Assembly (NCBI GenBank): GCA_905178155.1
Contig: CAJINV010000009.1
Coordinates: forward strand, 3,847,556 to 3,911,555
Reading direction: 5' to 3'
Origin: Amoebophrya sp. A120
Taxonomy: Eukaryota > Protista > Dinoflagellata
Length of the DNA stretch: 64,000 nt
Below are positions 25,001-36,049 of the stretch, piece by piece. Made by a program: the position numbers and the translations under genes. How positions within the stretch are numbered: the first letter of the stretch is position 1; every line of letters begins with the position of its first letter. The notes below the pieces were generated by a model, which was given only the letters and a program-made list of their open reading frames with translations, was not told the DNA's origin and made no database searches.

Positions 25001-28000
25001 TTCCCCGACCATGAACGTCAACTGCATCCGGATCTGGCAGCACTCCCAATTCTTCAGCCGGAACATGAAACTGGAGTATTGGGACGGGGTGCGGTACGCG
25101 CAAAAGGACTACGGAATCGGGCAGAGCTGGAATCTGCGAGGGTTTAGTGGAGGCAGTTGGCAAAGGTAGTACGATAGGCTTTGAAGATTCCTTGACGAGT
25201 TGTTGTAGTCTTCATGCAGTAGAAGGGATGAAAGTCGTGACAAGGAAAGAAGAACTGTGAGCGGTGTAACAAGTCTCGTCTTTTGTACCGTCGTGAAGAC
25301 GGATATTGATTCGAAATTAATTTTTACGAAAAACCGATTTTACGAAGATCAAAATTTATCGATCCCCCGAAAAACAACTTTATCCCAGGTGGCCGGCCTC
25401 CTACCAAACCATCTGGCGGATTGAAAACGCGGTTATGATCCCGGAGTCCTGGGAAATCGACGAGCTCGGGTTCTACGACACGGTAGGCTGCCTAGCTACG
25501 CCATTAGGAACCGCGGACGACATCATCGTGTCCGGCTACCGGGGGGATCACTACGGCTCTCTCGCCATGGACGGCTACGTCCGGTCCGACATGCGGGAGC
25601 GAGACGACGGCGGTTTCGTCCGGTACCCTAACTCCTTCTGGCGGTCCGGCTGCGGCCCCTGCTACCCGAAAGACGCCTACATCGGGCAAGACTTTGGATT
25701 TCAAAGAAGGCAGGTCAAGTGCATTCGGATCTTCCAGGCGCCGGCGATAGAGCGGCAGAGTCCGATAATTGACTTGACGTATTGGGACCCGAGCCAGGAC
25801 AAGTTCGTGCTGGATAGTGATAAAAAGTTCTACTCGATTGGTGGCGGCAGTTGGAACCGGAGACCGGCGATGAGCAACAGCATGTTCCGATTAAGGTGTA
25901 TCCTGTGTAAAAACGTCCCCACACCAGAGTTGTCATGCAATTCTGCATGCCAAGAAAGTTTCTCATGCGGAGCTCTATGTATGAGAGGCATTTTCTGTTC
26001 GTGTTTTGGAATTTGTGATGCTAGGATCAGCGTACTACGCTAGATCTGTGATGCTTCTGAACTAGCTAAACAGGATTACACTACGAGGACATCAAACTTG
26101 TCATGCCAAACAACGAAAGGTAGCTGATTTGTCTAGCAGATTTCCCATCTTGACTCTTTCTGTGGGGACGTTTTTAATCAGGATAAAGTGGGTCCAAACC
26201 CGGCCCAAGTCGAAGAAGTGTGAAGCAGGAAGATTATCCGCAGTAAATTTCCCGTACACGTACAAATGCGGTCTCTGCATGACAAAACTTGGCTTCGGAC
26301 CGCCACGACCCACTGACCCCCGGTCACGTGCCGTCCGGCCGGCCGGACGGACGTGACCCGCCCGGTCACGTCTAGGCTCCTTGTTATCTTGTAATTTTTA
26401 GGGCAGGGGACCTAAGGCCCACCCACCTGGGTGGGTCGAAGGTCCCCTGAGGACCTAAGCGGACATTTTGTGACCCTCTTCTTATAAAATCCACGCATTT
26501 TTCGTGTGGTTGTCCTAGGTGAGCTAGCACCCGTACCCGTGGGCAACCATCTAAGACACGAAAAATGGCGAGCACTTTAGTCCTTGGCTTTCTCTGGTTT
26601 GGTCATGAGTGTGGGCCACTTCTTAGGGTGGTCGAGAAAGTCAGGCTAAAGACGGTACGGGCAGAAGTGGATCGGTTTAAACGCGCGCTGGTGTTTAGTA
26701 CTTAGTAGCTTTTTAGGGCTTTGGGTATATTAATTTCCCGTCTTGGGGTTTGTAATGTAGTTGTTGCGCCTTTGGTTGTTTGGTCATGTTCCGGCTTTTT
26801 GCATGATCTGATGCTGTCTCGGACGTTGGCGCTCACGGTTCCTTCTCTGCTCTCTTGGAGCGGACGTTTTTGCATTTGTCCGCTGCGACAGTTCGCCTTG
26901 TTGCTGCTGCTCGCCATGAAAGCAACTACATTGCTTCTCGCCTCACTTTTTTAAGATGGGTTTTTTCGTAGATGGGTCTGTGTCATAGTAGATGCTTTAC
27001 CGCTTTTTTACTTTTCTTTTCTCCCTCGGCGCTAGTGTTATGGGTTTGCATACTCAGATAACAACAAAAGCTCATCCTGCAGCCGTCCCAGGAGCTCTTT
27101 GTTGTTGTCTCTCGGTAGTGATTATTTTGTCCAAATCTATTTCGCCTAGAGTTTGCTGGGTAGGCGGCTACCGTTTTACGACAGTTTACACAGGGACGCC
27201 CTGCCCTTAGTTTCCCAACATGACAAAACTTGGCTTCGATCCTAGGTTAGCATGACAATTTTTACCCTCCTACTTGGTGAAATTTGTGATGCATCTTGTA
27301 CATGTACGGGAAATTTGTATTGCATAAAGATACCGCTCTTTCACCCGGGCTTGGGGCGTGAGCGAAGTGGAGTTTTTCTCCGACGACAAATGCGAGTCCA
27401 AAATCCCGCTGGAGAACAACGGGCGCGAACCCGTATGAGAGTGCGCAACTCCCACTCCCCCTCAGTTGTATTGCATGAACAGCAATGCGAACACCTGCAC
27501 AGCACGTGGAGCAAGTGCATAACAAATTCATGTGCCTAGTGTAGTACTGTTTTGTTTGGGGTTCTTCCGGAATCTGTCATGCAAAAAGTGCTACTGGAAA
27601 GCATTTGCGTTTGGGGTTTTGCATGACAAAGGAGGGGGAGGGGGACGAGTTGTGCACTCTCATAATCCGGGGAGCCGAACCAGAATATCGGGTCCCGGCA
27701 GCGGAACATGGTCGCGACGGTGGTGTCCGGGGGGTACAAACAAATTGCCGCGCAGGCATCCGTCACCTACGACTACTACCCGCTGAACGTTGCTTATGGG
27801 AGTGTCAGAATCGAAATCGACAAAGTCGAAAAATTTGTAATGCATAAAATGCAGGGCACGCAAGGCCTGTATTGGGGAACAGGCAAATGGGGCCGATTGC
27901 AAGCCTGTTTAGGGCTAAGCAATGTGCAGCCCGAGTAGCATGACAGGAGCAGTCTTCTTTGCCCAAACAGCATGAGAGACTGGATTTGGGTGCTCCCGAT

Positions 28001-31000
28001 ATTTCTCATGCGGCACTTAGGAACTGAGGCTCTAACTGGCATCGATTTTGTGCATCGCAAGTTTTTCGATTTTGTCGATTTCAAACCTGACGCTTCCATA
28101 TTGCTGACGGTAAATTTTCGACCACCTGGGCGGCGGATTGCCGAACCGCGATCAATATCCTGTGCAAAAGTATCGTACTCGTATTGCAATCATGCATTAC
28201 AAATTTTTTTCTGAACGCAAATCCGCATTACAAATTTTATTTCTCGTTATGCTGAGGAAATTTGTAATGCATTTATACGAGTGCGATACTTTTGCAGTTC
28301 ATAATCAATGGGGTGATTTCCGACGAAGCCTACTGCAGCAACCGCGACTGGGTGGGGTTCGATTTCGGCGCGCCGAAGACGGTGAAGTGCATCAAGATCG
28401 TCCAATCCCGCGCGGATTTGAACGCTTGTTGCGACCCTTTGATCCGGATGTCGATGGATCGGTGGAACGGGACAGATTGGGTGGTGTCCACCTGGCGTCA
28501 CGTATGAAATGTAAAAATGTCTGGGTCTGGAAGATTGCGAGATTTGTCATGCATATTTCGGATCACGCAAATGGCGTCTGATGCAGGCAAAAGCATCACA
28601 GGTTTTGAGCACGCCTCATGATGCCTGTCCCGCATGAGAAACTTCCTACTTGTGTGCCAAGAAATTGAAATGGACAGCTTTTGGCGCTCATGCAACACAA
28701 ATTTTTGTGTGATCCAGAGTTTGCATCACAAGTTCTAACCATTCCAGAACCAGACATTTTTACATTTGATATCACGAACCCCAGGACGACGGCTCCAGAC
28801 CCGCGGTGTTGGTAAATGCGGATTTTTCCAACATGGGCCAGTGCGGGAATAACTTCGTGGAGATGCGGGGGCGGAAGGAGACGGAGTCTTGTTCCATTCC
28901 GCTGTCGTCTATCACCAGAACTCTCGGTCATCCCCTCTGTATCAAGCACGACTGGTGCACGGAGATCGGGTTTAGGGGGACGTGTTGTCCAATCGACAAG
29001 GTGGATATGCTCTGCAGAAGTATCGGACTCGTAGTAATTGCTGTTATGCATGACAAATCTCCTTTGATTAAGGTAAACAGCATTACAAATGTCATTTGTA
29101 ATGCTAAGCAAATTTGTCATGCAATTACTACTAGTACGAAGATACTTTTGCAATGCATAGTGGACCATAGAAGTCGTTGTTGCTGCACGTATTTGAAAAC
29201 CGTTCCGATCTTCGTCGACGAAATCCCGTTGGAAGACAGAGGGGAAGCGTACGACAAGATGGACTTGGAGATGGTGACAATCAGTTGGACTAAGGTTCTT
29301 CCCTTCTGGTTCATGATTATGACGGTCATTTGGTTCACGCTTGTGAACATCCAGGAACCGCTATGAGAGTGCACAACTCCCCCTCCCCCTCATTTGTAAT
29401 GTAAAACCTCAAATCCATCTGCTTCCCTGTGGCACTGTTCGCATGACAGATTCCAGAAGCCAAAACAGTACGACAATAGGCGTATGAATTTGTCATGCAC
29501 AGGCTCCACGTGTCCTGGTGATTGTATTGCTGTTCATGCAATACAAAGGAGGGGGAGGGGGACGAGTTATGCTCTGTTATAACCGCCCAAGGACCACAAG
29601 TACTACATCTACTGGGAGCGGCACTGCTTGCCATTACAGCGGTGGTTCGACGGGGAGGGTTACGCGCAGCGGTTCTTGTATCCTGAGTAAAAACGTACCC
29701 ACACCAGAGTCAGGATGGGGATTTTGCAACACAAACCTAGGAGTTTCGTGAGTCACGCATGACAAGTTGCACTCTGCAGTGTTGTGCAGGTTAGCAAGTG
29801 CAGCCGCATCACAAATCCAGCTGCTCATCCTGTTCACAGCATCACAAATTCCAAAACACGATTGGAAATGGCTCTTATGGGGATGCGCATTACAAGTCTT
29901 CCTGTCTTTGCAAATCTGCATTACAACTCTGGTGTGGGTACGTTTTTACTCAGGATATCTTGAGGAATTTCCGGTTGAAGCCAGAAGAGCCACCACATAT
30001 GAAGGTATAGGATTTTGGGGTGATACTGCTATTTTCGCTATTAGCGAACCTGAAAATAAAGCTAGGTCTCGATCATTTGCCATGCGTAGTTTTTGTGGGA
30101 TAATTATGAAGATTTCTGATGCCGAAGGAAACCCTTAAACAAAAAAAATATCAGGTCGGCAAGGGTCTCTTCATCGCGATCACCTTCTTCATTCTCGGCG
30201 GCGCTTTGATCTGGATAATTCTCGCGTACGTGATCGCGGAGTTCATTCTCTTCTGCTACTTCATGGCAATCCTCGTCGTGAAATTTTGCAAGTCCGTCTA
30301 TTTCCCGGGCCACGACCACGACGAATGGAGAAGACACGCGATCACTCAGATCGCGATCAACCCAGACCAATCCGATGTGAAGTACCCGAGCAGTTTGTCG
30401 CTGATAAAAACCATGGGCGTCATATGGAACTGTCAGGCTTGAAATCGTCAAATTTGAAATTATAGTTTGCCATGCATAAAATGGATGCCAGTCGGAACCC
30501 AGTTTCCAAGTGGCGCATGACAAATTTTGGCGGTCCTTAAAGCCAGTTTGTCATGCTGTTTAGGCAAAGAAGACTGATTTTCTCATGCTACTTTAGCAGC
30601 TCGAGCTCTAACCCCAAACAGGCTTACAATCGGCCTCACTTGCCTTCTCTGCAACGCACGTGCCTCGCGTCATGCATTTTCTGCATTACAAATTATTTCA
30701 ACTTTGACATTTTCAAACCTGACGCTTCCATACGTCACCTTCGCCTTCACCTTTTTCTTCTGGGCCAGGTGGGTGTTTGACTTACTGCTCTTCCAGTCGA
30801 TTCTGTTCATCATGGGCTTAGGCGACACCAACATTTCCGCGTACATGATCATGGACCAAGTGCCACGGGTTTCCATTCCCGCCTTCGACGCCGCGATAGA
30901 ATCGGCGACAAATATGATGCGGGGCGTGTTAGGCCTTATGCCGATGACGTACATGGAGGTGCTGTTCTTCTTTTTCAACGGCATCCCGAGGTGTAAAGGA

Positions 31001-34000
31001 CCGGCGTTACTGTACGGCTCCATGGTGTTCATGGCGATCGCTTTAGTCTTGGTGAAAGCCCTCAACTACGACTTCTTCGGCCTGTTCGCGGCGGGGAGGC
31101 ACGCCATTGCGACGACGAAGCCGGGGTGCCAGAAAGCGTTGATTCTCTTCTGGAACTTCACGTCGGAAGGATTCTTCTTCATCACCGCACAGTGCGCGTT
31201 GGTCGCCATGCAGATGTTCAAGGATTTAGCCCTCCCCGGCCCGCAGAACTGGATGTGCCCGTGGGACGACAGCATCGTCGTGGTGATCGCGATGAGCATG
31301 CTGTACTTGTATCCTGTGCAAAAGTACCGTACTCGTACTAAGTAATTGCAATCATGCATGACAAATCTTGTTTCTTAGCGAAATCAGCATTACAAATTCC
31401 ATTTCTCCTTCTGGGAAAATTTGTATTGCGATTTTTACTAGTACGATACTTTTGCAATGCATAACTTGCTATTGATAGCGACGATCATCATCGTGATTTT
31501 GTGCGCCAACGGCCACTTCTACGGCCAGGACTACATTCTCGGGCCGCTGGGGAAGGAGTTAGGGATGATATGGTGTTCTCAAATGTTACATTCTCAACTG
31601 TTACGTGATTTGTCATGCAAAAGCACCACGATCATCTACACGATCGAGCTGTTCTGCATGACAAATCCTGGAAGGGCCAAACAGGATGATAATCTCTGCC
31701 AAATCTGTCATGCAAGACGCGTAATGCTCCCCCTTTCACTTTTCCCATTCTTGCATCACAAGTCCCTGTAACAGTTGAGAATGTAACAGTTGAGAACGCC
31801 ATAGATGAACTTCGACAGGTTAGATCCGGATGGGACTGGTCCCGAGGGCGGAATGATAAATCTCGAAGTTCTCTTCGCTGTCTTACCAACAACAGTAGGG
31901 GTCTGGCAGGACGACTGGAACGTCGCGGCGTATCTGATGGTGGAGCGGGCGCACGTCTACGCAGAGGAACTCTGGACACCGACGAAGTGCGACATCTGCC
32001 AGGAGATCCATGTACCCTACGAGGATTTGATAAGGGCGCAGAGCCGGAACGTGTCGCTGTGTTACCAAGCTTTGCCGTTTGGCTTGGCTCTTGGGAAGTT
32101 ATGCGAGTACATGAACTTCCCACCGCTCTACTACGACGGCCGGAAGATGAAGTGCTTGTTGAAGGTGAAGCACAGCATATGGAGAGAAAAAAGTTTGTCA
32201 CAGTCACTACCTTGCAGGTTTTGCATTACAATTTTTTTCAGCATCACAGCTTTTCTCTGTATTGCATGAGCACTACTAGGGAAATCCCTTATGAAGTCTG
32301 GCTGTGATGCATTTTTACGCATGACAGAAAATTTTGTATTGCAAAAATGCGCATCCGCATGAGTGATCGCGACGAACTTTTTTTGTTTGATACAGCAGGA
32401 GGGTCGAGTTCGAATTTTACGGGGTGATGATGAACAAATATCTGCCGATGGCCAGTTATGGAAGCGTCAGGTTTGAAATCGTCAAACAAGTTGAAATCAT
32501 TTGTAATGCATAAAATGCATGACCCGCGGCACGTGTGTTGCAGAGCAGGCAACTGAGGCCGATTGTAAGCCTGTTTGGGGTTACAGCTCGAGCTGCTAAA
32601 GTAGCATGAGAAAGCTGTTCTTCTTTGCCTAAACAGCATGACAAAGTGGATTTAGGGACCACCGAGATTTGTCTTGCACCACTTGGAAACTGGCTCACAA
32701 CTTTCATCCATTTTATGCATGACAAATTATTTCAACTTTGTCGATTTCAACTCTGACACATCCATACCAGTGCGGTTTTCTCCTTCGGACTGTACCTGCA
32801 GCTGATCATCACGATCATGATCATGACGGAGGCGAATATTTCTTCTGTTGCGACAAGTTCCTTCATCGCGGCATTAGTCCTTTGCTTCTTCAAATCCCTG
32901 CTCCACGTTATGCATTGCAAAAGTATCGTACTAGTAGTAGTAATTGCAATACAAATTAGCTCAGCATGACAAAGGGAATTTGTCACGCTGTTTTACCTTA
33001 GGATGGAGATTTGTAATGCATGATTGCGATTGCGACGAGTGCGATATTTTTGCACAGGATACACGTCTTCGCGCGACAATTTGTCCTCTATTTAGAAGGC
33101 AAGCGGATGGAGGCGTTTTTGAAGGCAAATCCAAGGGCAAAACCCCCGCCGACGGAGGAGGAGCTGAAGAGAATAGAAAAGGAGAAGCAGCTCGGGATCC
33201 AGAAACACCAACTCCCGAACATGAGGATCCTGTTAGGACAACTTGCGCACGGGATTGTCGTCGGGTCGGTTTACGGCGGGTTGGCGGTGTCTGGGGAGTT
33301 GATATCCGACACGGCGGGTCTGTGGGTCGGGATGTGCATCGGATTAGCCGGTGGGTGGGTCCCGATTTATTTGTACTACTTGACCGAGATGCCGTCGGTG
33401 CCGACGTTCACGGTAGGTTTGATAAAAACCACATTCGCGGCGATAATAGCCATCGGAGCATTTTTCGTGTCTGATGAAGCTGGATACAGCTTCCGGTTCT
33501 GTCAGATCATGAGTTCCGTCTGCTTCACCTTGATCGCGTTACCGGCTGTGGTGTGCTTCCGGAGAAGAACCTACGACGAGCACGGACAGTTATCCCCAAG
33601 TTTGACCTACGAGATTTTGTTCACCTACAGAGGAATCCCGAACTATCTCGCGATAATAACGGCCATGTTTATCACGTGCATCCCGGCGACGATGCTCATC
33701 CCGAAACCTCTAGACGGGTCGGAAAAACAGCGGGTGATCGACGGAATTACAACCCAGGGGAAATACCGGGATTTAGACGCGGAGAAAGATGAACTCGGTT
33801 ACGTCCTATTCGGGCTAATTTTCGCATCCTATCTCGTCGGGATCATGGCGGCATATTTAGTTGCGGAACAACTCCACAAAAAACCGGTGGTGATGGCGAT
33901 TGCTTCCGGCTACATGCTGATCCTGGCGCTGCAGCCCTTCATGTTCATCCTCTTCGCGTTGTTCATCGGGACACTCTATCAAAAGTAAGAATGTCTGGCT

Positions 34001-36049
34001 CTGGAAAGAACTTGTGATGCTGGGTGGCGTCTCATGATGAGGCTACAAATGCTGGCTCAGCATGACAAGTTTCTGAGCTCCTAGGTGTTGCCTATTCTGC
34101 ATGACAAACTGCGCTTCTGCATCACAGAAAAGCGGAGCGCTTGGGTAACGTGCATGACAGATTTAAGAGTCATGCCAGACAAGCATGACAAACGTGAATT
34201 CTTCCAGACCCAGACATTTTTGCATTTGATGCACTCTTCGGTCTCTCCGTCGGCGCGTACATCGAGAAGCGGGAAGTGCAGAGGATTAAGGGGATTTCCC
34301 TCCACGACAGGATACAAGTCTACGGCGACTTGGCCCAGGCGGATAGCAAAGCGAGTCGCGTCGCGATACAGAAAGAGCAGCAGCGACAAGCGTTTGCAAT
34401 TCAAAATGCGATAGACGAGCAGAGGCCGATCTGCCTACCGGGGGAGACGGTGACGATAGAGGAGTTCGGGGATCCAGAAGACCCGAACTACATCGCGCCG
34501 TTGGTTTTGCCTGCGATCTATCCTGTGCAATAGTATCGTACTCGTAGTAATTCAAATTCTTGCAGTCATGCATTACAAATCTCTCTCTTAAGGCAAATCA
34601 GCATTACAAATTTTCTTTCTCATGCTAAGCAAATTTGTCATGCGATTTCAACTAGTACGATGCTTTTGCAATGCATACGATCCCATCCGTGGCGGAAATG
34701 GTCAGCCAAAAAATGGACGAGGAGGAGGAAATCAGCAAATCCTTGAAGCAGCAACAAGCGAACGCCGCAATACAGTTCGCTTCTGGGTTGCGGGACATGC
34801 AGGCGGCGGAGCAGGTGGTCTCGACGAAGTTAGAATCCATGTCGTCGATCGGCCAGGTGAACTCCGCGAACCCGAACAGGTCTTTGATCTCCTCGAAAAA
34901 GAATATGGACAGGATAAGAGGCGTATCAAATGCAAAAGTGTCTGGGTCTGGAAACTTGTAACGCTGTGTTGGGAATAGTGAAAGAATGCTCTGTAATGCA
35001 CAGCCAAGCATGAGAAATATCTGCGCCTCTTTGTGTTGCGTTTTTCTCATGAGAAACTGCGTTTTTGCATGACCGGCAAAAGCGTCTTTTCTTGGACACG
35101 CATCACAAACTGAAACTTTTTTGTCATGCCAGACAAGCATGATTTTTTTCCAGACCCGGACGACACTTTTGCATTTGATAAGGCGCCGGATCCCCACTCG
35201 CAATCGGCGACAGACAGCAACCGGCGATCCAAGGCCAGGCGATGGAGGTCTTACTCGCGTTGGAAAACCGACAGGGCGCGAACAGGAACTTATTGCCGCA
35301 GTTGGCCTTACCCTCCGCCGGCGACGGGATGGACGGCGATATTGCCGAGGGAGAGGAGGAGGAAGAGGGCAATGAGGAAGGAGTGGACGCGGATGGCATG
35401 CAGATAGAGATCCCGAAGACGCCGGTGGTACCGCCGACAGACGGGGATCAGATGACGGGACACGAGTTGGTCTTGAAGGAGGAGTATGCAATGCAAAAGC
35501 ATCGTACTCGTAGTCATTGCAGTTATGCAATACAAATCTTTTTCCTAAGGTCAATTAGCATGAGAAATTCCATTTCTCATGCTGAGGAAATTTGTGATGC
35601 AATTCATACTAGTACGATACTTTTGCAATGCATAAAGAGCAGCAGGCCTACTCGTTCGACGAGACCGTGCATCAATGGTATAGGATTTTGGATAAATGAA
35701 TGTGTGTTTGTCATGCTAAAAAGAAAGTTCTCTGTTTTTTGTCATGCTAAGTTCTCATCAAACCGCATTTTGTCATGCCTAAATAAACGCAGCACGTTGA
35801 AACAGGTAACAAAGCAAGTCTCACATTCTCATCAAACACAAACTCTTGTCACAAAACTACAGGTACGATCCCCACACCGGCTACTACTACGACGACACCA
35901 AGCAGGAGTGGTACATGCCTGGCGACAAGGAAAAACAGGCTGCTACCGGACCACCACAGGCTATCCGGCCCATCTCGTTGCGCTCCCAAGCAGACCACAT
36001 CCAACGCATGCAGGATCGGAAGAAGAGTGGGAGGAGAGGGGCGCTGTGA
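19086..36049 (+). CDS. ~3105-aa membrane protein: 7 Cys/Trp discoidin (F5/8C)-like repeats, multipass TM region, C-terminal OCRE-like motif; 30 introns
   Basis: Removing 25 TIR elements (+5 bp each) and 5 GT-AG introns leaves 9318 nt with in-frame junctions. Repeat signature W.V.E.EF..D..C ... AFD....T.W...C ... V.CI.I.Q ... WDG..W; tail YSFDETVHQWYDPHTGYYYDDTKQEWY. Start codon uncertain. Confidence 0.85.
20973..21150 (+). other. GT-AG intron (GTATAG...TTATCAG)
   Basis: Join QR-VVNN. Confidence 0.8.
21428..21635. mobile_element. Introner family K
   Basis: TIR TAT.CAAGAAAAAA.TGTGT.AGTGTAA; GTGGC/GTGGC; join GGWQTRP. Confidence 0.9.
22763..23021. mobile_element. Introner family A
   Basis: A-type TIR; CCTCT/CCTCT; join HLYSDKYC. 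Confidence 0.92.
23111..23375. mobile_element. Introner family A
   Basis: A-type TIR; CACAA/CACCA; join VTMAADG. Confidence 0.9.
23535..23769. mobile_element. Introner family G
   Basis: TIR TATGG.G.TCTCAAA.GT.AC; ATTGA/ATTGA; join VIDQFR. Confidence 0.92.
23841..23995 (+). other. GT-AG intron (GTATAGGATT...AATCTATCAG), vestigial TIR
   Basis: Join RW-FDP; decayed TGTCATGC/TCATGC motifs inside. Confidence 0.8.
24334..24594. mobile_element. Introner family A
   Basis: A-type TIR; GGACG/CGACG; join GDDAINY; interior like 49499. Confidence 0.9.
24643..24860. mobile_element. Introner family K (opposite orientation to 60348)
   Basis: GAGTT/GAGTT; join EEFPVFNAFD. Confidence 0.9.
25166..25388 (+). 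other. Ordinary GT-AG intron
   Basis: GTAGTA...CCCAG; join QR-WPAS; no TIR. Confidence 0.8.
25899..26185. mobile_element. Introner family D
   Basis: TIR TATCCTG..TAAAAACGTCCCCACA; AGGTG/AAGTG; join LRWVQT. Confidence 0.9.
26235..27326. mobile_element. Introner family E carrying a nested 921-bp insertion
   Basis: TIR TAT.C.....AAATTTCCCGTACA; AAGAT/AAGAT; join GRYRSF; collinear with 43298 and 50145 apart from the insert. Confidence 0.92.
26298..27218. mobile_element. Nested insertion with 20-bp duplication
   Basis: CATGACAAAACTTGGCTTCG at 26278-26297 and 27219-27238; no TIR; strong hairpins at the left end. Confidence 0.85.
27434..27664. mobile_element. Introner family F
   Basis: TIR TATGAGAGTGC.CAACTC..C.C.TCCCC; ACCCG/ATCCG; join REPGEPN. 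Confidence 0.9.
27795..28100. mobile_element. Introner family C
   Basis: C-type TIR; TTGCT/TTGCT; join NVADGKF. Confidence 0.92.
28156..28303. mobile_element. Introner family B
   Basis: TIR TAT....TGCAAAAGTATCG.ACTCGTA; ATCAA/ATCAA; join AINGVI. Confidence 0.93.
28503..28771. mobile_element. Introner family A
   Basis: TCACG/TCACG; join WRHEPQ; reverse orientation relative to 24334. Confidence 0.92.
29006..29159. mobile_element. Introner family B
   Basis: GTGGA/GTGGA; join KVDHRS. Confidence 0.92.
29362..29581. mobile_element. Introner family F
   Basis: ACCGC/ACCGC; join EPPKDH; interior reversed relative to 27434. Confidence 0.9.
29679..29957. mobile_element. Introner family D
   Basis: Perfect ~32-bp TIR TATCCTGAGTAAAAACGTACCCACACCAGAGT; TCTTG/TCTTG; join RFLRNF. 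Confidence 0.95.
30005..30154 (+). other. GT-AG intron (GTATAGG...AATATCAG)
   Basis: Join MK-VGK; retains TAT...ATA plus 5 nt geometry (GAAGG/TCAGG). Confidence 0.8.
30423..30732. mobile_element. Introner family C (reverse orientation)
   Basis: CGTCA/CGTCA; join GVTFAF; reverse complement of the 54829 type. Confidence 0.93.
31310..31463. mobile_element. Introner family B
   Basis: ACTTG/ACTTG; join LYLLLIA. Confidence 0.93.
31569..31803. mobile_element. Introner family G
   Basis: GATGA/GATGA; join GMNFDR; interior reversed relative to 23535. Confidence 0.92.
32178..32392. mobile_element. Introner family L (single copy here)
   Basis: Imperfect TIR TAT......AAAAAAGTT.GTC.C..TCACT; CAGCA/CAGCA; join HSRRVE. 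Confidence 0.88.
32457..32766. mobile_element. Introner family C
   Basis: CCAGT/CCAGT; join MASAVF; very similar to 45770 and 54829. Confidence 0.94.
32909..33061. mobile_element. Introner family B
   Basis: CACGT/CACGT; join LHVFAR. Confidence 0.93.
33977..34231. mobile_element. Introner family A (terminal ATA changed to ATG)
   Basis: CACTC/CACTC; join GTLFGL. Confidence 0.92.
34519..34677. mobile_element. Introner family B
   Basis: CGATC/CGATC; join PAIPSV. Confidence 0.93.
34924..35180. mobile_element. Introner family A
   Basis: AGGCG/AGGCG; join RGAGSP. Confidence 0.92.
35485..35634. mobile_element. Introner family B
   Basis: AGGAG/AAGAG; join KEEQQAY. Confidence 0.9.
35678..35862 (+). 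other. GT-AG intron (GTATAGG...CTACAG) with three TTGTCATGC relics
   Basis: Join HQW-YDP inside the OCRE-like motif. Confidence 0.8.

Noticed and set aside
26298-26470. Hammerhead or HDV ribozyme in the nested insert
   Set aside because: Hairpins present but I could not find the catalytic core or pseudoknot by eye.
19086-36049. Pseudogene shattered by MITE insertions
   Set aside because: Exons have no stops or frameshifts and all 30 junctions restore one frame.
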